Source: Leptonemataceae bacterium (GTDB taxonomy: Bacteria > Spirochaetota > Leptospiria > Leptospirales > Leptonemataceae). From it: DNA of 64,000 nucleotides. The stretch's first letter is position 1, and every line of letters starts with the position of its first letter. Under the pieces are notes generated by a model, which did not search any database, was not told the origin of the DNA, and saw only the letters and a program-made list of their open reading frames with translations. Shown piece by piece: positions 57,178 to 64,000 of this stretch. The DNA lies in the NCBI GenBank assembly GCA_965227295.1, contig OZ245742.1:1184001-1248000 (forward strand), given 5' to 3'. A program made the position numbers and the translations under genes.

Positions 57178-58875
57178 CTACTTCTCATCCAGCTCATGCA
57201 CGGGCACCCAATCCTCCGGCACTTCTTGAATCATCAATAGCGTAATGCGTTCCGTGTACAATCGTGCCGGCCAATCGCTGGGATTTTCCTGGAGGATGTC
57301 GTGAAACAATTGCATGGCCTCCGGGAAGCGGCGGTTGCGGTAATGGTCCATGGCCTCGTGGAAACGGTCGCGGCTTTCCCATTTTTGTTCGGCGACGGCC
57401 GGGCGTTCGCCGTCCAGGCACTCGTAGACGTCCACGGGTTCCTTGCGTCCCTTCACGATGATGCGATCCAGGAATCGAAAGCGGAACTCTTCGGGGTTCT
57501 GTAGCGTGTCGACGACGGCATTGGAACAAACCATCGAAACACCGTAATGTCGCGTGAGTCCTTCGAGGCGCGACGCCAGGTTGACGTTGTCCGAGAACGC
57601 GTCGCCCTGGAGGCGTTGTTTATCGCCGACGACCCCGACCATCATATAACCGGAGTGCACGCCCAGGCCGAGGGCGATGGGCAGATGATGGCGTTCCCGT
57701 CGGGCGCGGTTGTAATCGCGGACCTGGGCCAGCTTCGCGATGCCCGCGCGTACGGCGTCGTCCGGTTGCTTCGGAAACAGCGCCATCATGCCGTCGCCCA
57801 GGTACTTGACAATGATCCCGCCGTGTCCGCGCACGATGGGGCTAACCTGTCCCAGGAAACTGTTAATGAAGTTGAAGTTCTCCGCCGGTGTCATGGATTC
57901 CGAGAGCGTGGTGAACGAGCGGATGTCGGAAAAAAGAACCGTCATGTCCCGGCTCACGTGATCGCCGGCTTCCACTTCCCAGATGTTGTCCCGGCCGAGA
58001 TAACGTACGAATTCCCCGGGCACGAAGCGTCGGTACGCTTCACTCGTTCGACCAAGATCATTCATGGCACGCAGGAGGCCGTCGGTCATATCGTTGAATG
58101 CCCGGGCCAGGCGACCGAACTCGTCTTTGCGATCGACCGGCAGCCGGTAGTCCAGGTGGCCGGCGGCGATTTCGTTTACGCCGGTGCTGAGTTCGCGGAT
58201 CGGCCGTGTAAGGTAGCGCGAAAAAACGTAAGCGAGAATAGCCAGTACGATCAGGGAGATGAACAAGGCCACGGAGGCGCGGCGCACGAAGGATTTACGA
58301 AAGCCCGCCAGCGCCCGCGTGCTGATCTCAATGATGACGACGCCGTTCGCCGCACCGCTTCGTTCGCGGATGGGTGCCATGACGGAAAGTACTTTGCCGT
58401 GCGCTGTTTGTTCGGCGTTGAGATTGAACTGTTCTTTGTTGTTCTGAACCACGCCTTTGATGGTTGCGATGTGATCCAGGGTATCTTCGAAGGAAGTACC
58501 GGGCGGATGCGGTTCGTCGAGGGCCGGGTTCTCTTCGCGACTGCCGGCATCCACGACGTAGTACAGGGCGTCGGTTTCGGAATCGTAGCGTAGCGAATAG
58601 ACGTAGGTGATGTATGGTTCGGTGCGCAGCAGCTCGCGCATCCATCGATGGTAGCGCTGGAATGCCGCTGAGTCGACGTCCCGCGGATGCCGGAGCGCGG
58701 CGTGTTCCGTACCGTCCACTGTGAAGGCGAGCTGGCGGGCGAGGGCGAGCTTGCCGCGTACAAACTGCGCGTTGTAGCGGCGCGACATGAGAAATAACGT
58801 GGGCGCGCCGATGCCCCCGAACAGTACGACACCGGCGAGCAGAAAGGTGAGTAAGATGCGAGTGCGTACGCTCAT
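57178..58875 (-). CDS. Sensor-HAMP class III adenylate cyclase with C-terminal TPR-like helix pair
   Basis: TM, periplasmic sensor, TM, HAMP (DEFGRLARAFNDM), FSDIRSFT, KYLGDG, SDNVNLASRLE. Confidence 0.92.
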   Translation of the reverse strand: MSVRTRILLTFLLAGVVLFGGIGAPTLFLMSRRYNAQFVRGKLALARQLAFTVDGTEHAALRHPRDVDSAAFQRYHRWMRELLRTEPYITYVYSLRYDSETDALYYVVDAGSREENPALDEPHPPGTSFEDTLDHIATIKGVVQNNKEQFNLNAEQTAHGKVLSVMAPIRERSGAANGVVIIEISTRALAGFRKSFVRRASVALFISLIVLAILAYVFSRYLTRPIRELSTGVNEIAAGHLDYRLPVDRKDEFGRLARAFNDMTDGLLRAMNDLGRTSEAYRRFVPGEFVRYLGRDNIWEVEAGDHVSRDMTVLFSDIRSFTTLSESMTPAENFNFINSFLGQVSPIVRGHGGIIVKYLGDGMMALFPKQPDDAVRAGIAKLAQVRDYNRARRERHHLPIALGLGVHSGYMMVGVVGDKQRLQGDAFSDNVNLASRLEGLTRHYGVSMVCSNAVVDTLQNPEEFRFRFLDRIIVKGRKEPVDVYECLDGERPAVAEQKWESRDRFHEAMDHYRNRRFPEAMQLFHDILQENPSDWPARLYTERITLLMIQEVPEDWVPVHELDEK

Positions 58876-58900
58876 GCGGCCGGCGCACCGCGTGGGTTCG

Positions 58901-59272
58901 TCAGAAAGGTTTGTAGATCGCGACGTAGGCCACCAGCGCTCCGAGGAGCGGGATCACCCACCACAGGATCTTTGCCAGGCCCGGTGAACGATACAGCATC
59001 GCCAGCAGGCCGCCCATGACGAACCACATGATCAGCTTGAACCAGATCCAGCCCGGCCAGTCACCGACACCCATGATGCCCAGGCGGGCCATCATACCGA
59101 AACCGGAGACGAGAATCAGCAACAGGCCGATGCCGTGCAGAATGGCGGCCGGCTTGCGCCCGCGGAAGTCTTTCGTTCCGCCGGAGAGCACGTGCAGGGC
59201 CACTCCGCCGAGAGCGAAGAAGAGGCCGATCACGCCGGCAAGGTGGATCACTTTGTAGAAGATCAGCGGCAT
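58901..59272 (-). CDS. Small four-TM membrane protein (SirB2-like)
   Basis: YKVIHL...ILHG.GLLLILVSG...WIWFKL; GAGGG RBS. Confidence 0.7.
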   Translation of the reverse strand: MPLIFYKVIHLAGVIGLFFALGGVALHVLSGGTKDFRGRKPAAILHGIGLLLILVSGFGMMARLGIMGVGDWPGWIWFKLIMWFVMGGLLAMLYRSPGLAKILWWVIPLLGALVAYVAIYKPF

Positions 59273-59320
59273 AGTTCCCTCTGTTTAATGCTCCGCGAAT
59301 CCGCGTACAGCATTTTTTCG

Positions 59321-60763
59321 TTATAGCAATAATCCCGGGAAGAACCCGAGCAGAATCAGCAGCGCCGTTCCAAGGAGCGCCACGGCCCCGTAGTTCCAGC
59401 GTCGGTCGGATTCCGGGGTCTCGTCTTCGTTGAGCCGGACGGCGCTGACGGCCCCGGGGCGAAACCAGATCGCCCGGAGGAGGCCGAAGTAGAAGAACGC
59501 CGCGACGACGGTGCCGAGGACGCCGATCACCAGGGCCAGGCTCACCGGTACGGCTAACATTCCACTGGAAGATGTTTGAAAGACCGCGAATACGACCAGG
59601 AACTTCGAAAAGAAACCCGCGGTGGGGGGAATGCCGGCGAAGCTCAAAAGAGCGATGCTCATCAACACGGCGTTGCGTCCGCGCCGGCGGCCGAGGCCTT
59701 CCAGGTCTTCGATGCTGTCCAGGTCGGCGTGGCGTGTTCCCAGGCGCAGCCACAGCGCGATGATTGTTAACGTCATGAGGCCGTAGACGAACAGGTAGAA
59801 CGCGGCGGTTTGGGCGCCCGCGAAACCCACGGCCAGCAGAATGAAGCCGGCATTCAGCACGGATGAACATGCCAGGATGCGTTTGAGGTTCGTTTGCGCG
59901 ATGCCCTGCAGGCCGCCGAAGAGAAACGAAAGCACCGCCGCGCCGAGCAGCACCGGGCGCCAGTAATCCGCGAAGGCGTAGAACGGACCATCTTGCAAAA
60001 GACGGTACATCATGGCGAAGTAGGCGACCTTCGCCGGCACCGCGATCACGGCCGTCGCGGCAAAGGACGATCCCTGGTAAACGTCGAGCAGGTAGCCGTG
60101 AAACGGGGCTGCCGCCGTCTTGAAAAAGAGCGCGGCAAGCATCAGCACCAGGGCCGCGAGAGCCAGGCCGGGATAACTCACAGTACCGCTCGTGACGAGT
60201 ACGGCATGGATTCGGCTCAGTTCAATGAAGCCCGTGGAGCCGTAGAGCAGCGAGACGCCGAATAGCAGCAGCGCCCCGGCGACGGCACCCAGGAGCAGGT
60301 ACTTCATGCCGGCCTCATTCGACCGGCGATCCCGGCGGCTGAAACCCGCAAGGGCGTAGGTGGGAATGGAGACGAGCTGAAAGGCGATGAACAGCGTCGG
60401 CAGGTTCCCCGCAAAGATCAAACTAAGCCCGCCCAACGTCGAACAGAGCACGATGAGTCGCCAGTCGGTATCGTCCACGTGTACTTTCGCAAAATAGCCG
60501 TGGCTGAGCAGCATCACCATGGCCGTGAGCAGCAAATACACGAACGCAAACTCTTTGGCACCGGAAGTTATGGAGATCGCCCCGCCGAAGAACTTGTGTC
60601 CCGGCACGAGCAGCGCAATGAACAACGCGCCCGTAAGCAGCGTCACCATGGACACCCAGAGCGAGGCGCTTTCCGAACGGCCGGGACGCTTGAGCGCGGA
60701 GAGTACCAGCAGTACGGCAATGCCGGCGATGAGCGGGAGCTGTGAAATGAGATACGAGTTCAT
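59321..60763 (-). CDS. nuoN: NADH-quinone oxidoreductase subunit N (divergent)
   Basis: EAGMKY..LG, FK.AAAPFH, DVYQG, KRILA.SS, SFAGIPP.AGF.SK. Confidence 0.88.
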   Translation of the reverse strand: MNSYLISQLPLIAGIAVLLVLSALKRPGRSESASLWVSMVTLLTGALFIALLVPGHKFFGGAISITSGAKEFAFVYLLLTAMVMLLSHGYFAKVHVDDTDWRLIVLCSTLGGLSLIFAGNLPTLFIAFQLVSIPTYALAGFSRRDRRSNEAGMKYLLLGAVAGALLLFGVSLLYGSTGFIELSRIHAVLVTSGTVSYPGLALAALVLMLAALFFKTAAAPFHGYLLDVYQGSSFAATAVIAVPAKVAYFAMMYRLLQDGPFYAFADYWRPVLLGAAVLSFLFGGLQGIAQTNLKRILACSSVLNAGFILLAVGFAGAQTAAFYLFVYGLMTLTIIALWLRLGTRHADLDSIEDLEGLGRRRGRNAVLMSIALLSFAGIPPTAGFFSKFLVVFAVFQTSSSGMLAVPVSLALVIGVLGTVVAAFFYFGLLRAIWFRPGAVSAVRLNEDETPESDRRWNYGAVALLGTALLILLGFFPGLLL

Positions 60764-60767
60764 GATA

Positions 60768-62270
60768 TCAACGGTAGATCAGCACGGCTCCTTCCACGGC
60801 GGCGAGAATCAACATGGGCTGTAGCCCGGTCACGATCCAGATCGTGGCGAGGCCGAGGCCGGGAATTGTTTCCACCACGCTGAAGTCCGCGGCGACGGGA
60901 CCATCCGGAGTCCGGTCTGTACCGAGAAAATCGCGATGATAGATGCGCACGATGGCGGCGGCGGAAAGTAACAATCCGAGCAAAGCGACGAAGGCCGTGC
61001 CCGCCGACTCGCGATACGCGGAGAAGAGAATGAGCAGCTCCGCGGCGAAGCTGCCCGCCCCGGGCAGACTGATCGAAACGAAAATCGCCGTGAGCAACAA
61101 TGCGCTGAGTCGCGGTAAACGCAACTTAAGTCCACGCAGGTCGGTGTGGGCCTCGGAGCTTTCGGAGATGCGGCCTTCGAGACAGAACAGCGCCGTCATG
61201 ATCAAGCCGTGATTGAACATCTGAAAGAGGGCCGCGCCGAGGGCCGAGCCGTCCCGGGCATCGTTGCCGAGGGCGGTAAACATGCCGAGGGCGATGAGGC
61301 TCAAGTGCGTCAGCGACGAATACACGAGCACGTCCCGCATGCTCTGCACGCCCAGGCACAACAGCGCGCCGTAGACAATGCCGCTCAGCGCGAGCGTTTG
61401 CAACAGGCCGGCCACCGGCGCCGCTACCGTTACGTAGCCCCCGCAAACGATGACGAGGAAACCGTAGGCGCCGAGTTTCGACATGGCGGCGGAGAGAATC
61501 GTTCGCGCGAGCGCCGGCGAACCGTGATAGGTTTCGCGCAGCCAGCCGTGAAACGGAAACAGCGGCATCTTCACCGCGAAGGCCGCGAAGAAACCGGCGA
61601 GCGTCCACGCCCGGGCCGTCGGCGAAAGCGATGCGACAACCTCCGCCAGTTGCGTGAGGCGTACGTCACTGCCGGCCGAGGCGACCAGCACGGCGATGGA
61701 CGCGAGCATCGATAGACTGCCGAGCAGCGTGAATAACAAGAAGCGCGTCAGCGCACCGCTGACGACCTCGCGAGAACCGCCCCGTTCGGCGACGCCGTGC
61801 AATCCGATCCAGAAATACGCACCGATCAATGCGAGTTCGAAAAATCCGTAAAAGAGCACCAGGCTGTCCGCGAGAAACGCGCCCATGAGTCCGATGTGCA
61901 GAATGTTCGCGGAGATGTAGAACGACCGGTCACGACCGAGATACGTCGGGCGCAACCAGTAATACGCCAGGGGCAGGACCAGGCCGAGCATGAGAATCAA
62001 CACGGCGTTGGTCGGTCGCAGATGGAGAGCGAGGGCGATCTTTAATGTGATCGTATCGGAACTTAGTATATTAACATTCCCGAGGGCCAGGCGCAGTTCC
62101 TCGCCGCCGAACAACACGCTGCTGCCGACGAAGAGGAGTGCGAGGCCGTTCAGGACCTGGGCCAGCAGCTCCGCATTCGCCCGGTGGCGGTCGTCGCGCA
62201 GGTAGACCTGCACGGCGATGGACACGAACAGTATGAGAAACGGCAGCGCAAGCATCGGGTCTATCTCCAT
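60768..62270 (-). CDS. nuoM: NADH-quinone oxidoreductase subunit M
   Basis: FFE, AFAVKMPLFPFH.WL, KLGAYG, YSS..H, QMFNHG, LPG..SF.AE. Confidence 0.88.
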   Translation of the reverse strand: MEIDPMLALPFLILFVSIAVQVYLRDDRHRANAELLAQVLNGLALLFVGSSVLFGGEELRLALGNVNILSSDTITLKIALALHLRPTNAVLILMLGLVLPLAYYWLRPTYLGRDRSFYISANILHIGLMGAFLADSLVLFYGFFELALIGAYFWIGLHGVAERGGSREVVSGALTRFLLFTLLGSLSMLASIAVLVASAGSDVRLTQLAEVVASLSPTARAWTLAGFFAAFAVKMPLFPFHGWLRETYHGSPALARTILSAAMSKLGAYGFLVIVCGGYVTVAAPVAGLLQTLALSGIVYGALLCLGVQSMRDVLVYSSLTHLSLIALGMFTALGNDARDGSALGAALFQMFNHGLIMTALFCLEGRISESSEAHTDLRGLKLRLPRLSALLLTAIFVSISLPGAGSFAAELLILFSAYRESAGTAFVALLGLLLSAAAIVRIYHRDFLGTDRTPDGPVAADFSVVETIPGLGLATIWIVTGLQPMLILAAVEGAVLIYR

Positions 62271-64000
62271 AGCAGGGCGGCTCCCAACATTACAACCAGG
62301 GCGGCGATCAGGGCGAAGGCGTAATGATCCACCAGACCGCGCTGCATTTGCCGCAGCAGCCGTGACAACTGCACGAACAGCATACCCGATCGCCGCAGAC
62401 TGCCGATGATCAGGGGCGATTCGATCAAATTGTACGCGCCGCGGGCGCCGCTTTGCAGAGGCCGAAGCAGAACCAGGCGGTAAACATCGTCAAAGTAGAA
62501 GTTATGCGCGAGCAGTCGCGCCGGTCGAAAGACGGTCCAGTGTTCCAGGCGGGCCCGGCGTTCGGCGTTGTAGAAGGAAACGAAGACGAGACCACCGATG
62601 AGCAGACCCGCAACGGCGTTCTTGATGATCGTCGCAAGCCCCGGTTCACTCATGGCCCGACTGCCGGCGATCATGTGATGCAGCGTGCCTGTTCCGCCGT
62701 AACTTTCAGTGGCCGAGAAGATACCGAAGGCCGGGGCGACAACAATGAGCACGCCCAGGACGAGGCGAATCCACAGCCCGCTTTCCCCGGCGTAGCTTGC
62801 GTTGGACTGTCCTTCCAGGTAACCGAGCATGCGAAAGATGTAGACGAGGCCCAACAGCTCCGCCGTGAATTCGATCCAGTAGACCACACTGCCGGAAAGT
62901 CCGAAGAACGCCGCCGTGCCGGCCGGATGTGCAACGGCGTGCATTACGAACTCCTTCGAAAAGAACGAGGCCGAAACATACGGAACAAAACCCGCGGCTC
63001 CGAGAGCGCCGATCCAGAACGCCAGCCGGGTGACGGGCATGCTGCGCAGACAACCGGTGAGCTTGCGCATATCCTGTTCGTGATGCTGGAAGGCGATGAC
63101 GCTGCCGGCCGCGAGAAAAAGCAACGCCTTGAACGCGGCGTGACCGAAGAGATGCATCACGGCGCCGCCGCTATGGCCCGCGGAGAGGGCCAGGAACATC
63201 AGCGCCAGGTGGGACAGCGTGGAGTATGCGAGGACTTTCTTAACATCGTACTGTACGCACGCAAGGATCGCCGCGACGATGAGCGTAAGCAGCGCCGCCA
63301 CGAACACCACGTTCAGCGCGACGGGGGCCAGGGTAAACAGCCAATCCAGTCGCGCTAACAGATAGACGCCGGCAGTTACCATGGTTGCGGCATGAATCAG
63401 AGCGGAGACCGGCGTCGGTCCGGCCATGGCGTCCGGCAACCAGAGGTGCAGCGGCATTTGCGCGCTCTTGCCGAAGGCGCCGCCGAGCAAGAACAACGCC
63501 GCGTACTGGAGTTGCACGAGCTGTTCGGCATCGAAAGGTACGTTCGCGACGATGTGACCGCCGGTGAGACCCAGCAGTTCGTGAAAGCCGGCAAAAGAAA
63601 CGGTGCCGGCGACGTCGAACAACAGAAAGACGCCGATCAAGAAAAAGGCGTCGCCTACGCGATTGAAAAAGAACGCGCGATACGCCGCGGGCGGGGCGTA
63701 GCCGCTTTTCCAGTAATGGCCGATCAACAGGTAGCTCGCAAGGCCCACGCCCTCCCATCCGAGAAACACGAGGAAAAGATTTTCGCCGATCACCAGCAAC
63801 AGCATGGCGGCGATGAAAAACGTAATGCTTGCGAAGTAGCGCGCGCTGTCTTTGTCGCCGCGCATGTACTGAACCGAGTAGGCGACGATCAACGTGCCGA
63901 AGCCTGTAATCAGCAACACCAACGGTAGCGAAAGAGAGTCGACGTAGTATCCGAAGAGGGCCTGCACATCCTTCGTCAAGATCCAGGCGCCGGCATCCCA
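62261..64000 (-). CDS. nuoL: NADH-quinone oxidoreductase subunit L (5' end beyond the right edge)
   Basis: GWEGVGLASYLLIG, NRVGD, GKSAQ.PL..WLPDAMAGPTPVSALIHAATMV, KKVLAYST, HAAFKALLFL. Confidence 0.92.
   Translation of the reverse strand, partial: WDAGAWILTKDVQALFGYYVDSLSLPLVLLITGFGTLIVAYSVQYMRGDKDSARYFASITFFIAAMLLLVIGENLFLVFLGWEGVGLASYLLIGHYWKSGYAPPAAYRAFFFNRVGDAFFLIGVFLLFDVAGTVSFAGFHELLGLTGGHIVANVPFDAEQLVQLQYAALFLLGGAFGKSAQMPLHLWLPDAMAGPTPVSALIHAATMVTAGVYLLARLDWLFTLAPVALNVVFVAALLTLIVAAILACVQYDVKKVLAYSTLSHLALMFLALSAGHSGGAVMHLFGHAAFKALLFLAAGSVIAFQHHEQDMRKLTGCLRSMPVTRLAFWIGALGAAGFVPYVSASFFSKEFVMHAVAHPAGTAAFFGLSGSVVYWIEFTAELLGLVYIFRMLGYLEGQSNASYAGESGLWIRLVLGVLIVVAPAFGIFSATESYGGTGTLHHMIAGSRAMSEPGLATIIKNAVAGLLIGGLVFVSFYNAERRARLEHWTVFRPARLLAHNFYFDDVYRLVLLRPLQSGARGAYNLIESPLIIGSLRRSGMLFVQLSRLLRQMQRGLVDHYAFALIAALVVMLGAALLWR

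Noticed and set aside
57151..59301. TCCGCGAATCC seen at two gene ends (57151 and 59291), with partial matches near 10912 and 34394
   Set aside because: Only 9-11 nt; cannot be separated from chance without a genome-wide count.

Overview
GC-rich chromosomal window spanning the replication-origin region of a bacterium whose gene content looks like the Leptospiraceae/Leptospirales. That assignment is an inference from split coaC/coaB, an LA_0442-like protein, spirochaete-type lipoproteins, a Maf glycosyltransferase and a TM-TPR-Mrr protein. The window starts with the divergent yidC-yidD-rnpA-rpmH / dnaA-dnaN-recF-dciA arrangement, with no gyrB following. It continues through mostly housekeeping and envelope genes: lpxD, a ferredoxin, two tRNA-Ser, mutL, coaC/coaB, amgK/murU, aspC, trmL, ilvC, ccmB/ccmC, uvrB, two class III cyclases and nuoL/M/N. 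I see no IS, integrase, prophage or CRISPR array. The most unusual items are: a MurU-TM-TPR fusion next to amgK; a voltage-gated channel with the rare TLEDWTD filter; a dispersed triple-CTCGG intergenic repeat with one inverted pair; a paraoxonase-like lipoprotein with all PON1 ligands; several apparent pseudoenzymes (Fe-ADH, nitrilase and Mrr folds); two paralogous atypical HATPase-like domains; and signs of leaderless or non-canonical translation starts. All family calls come from reading motifs by eye, not from database searches.
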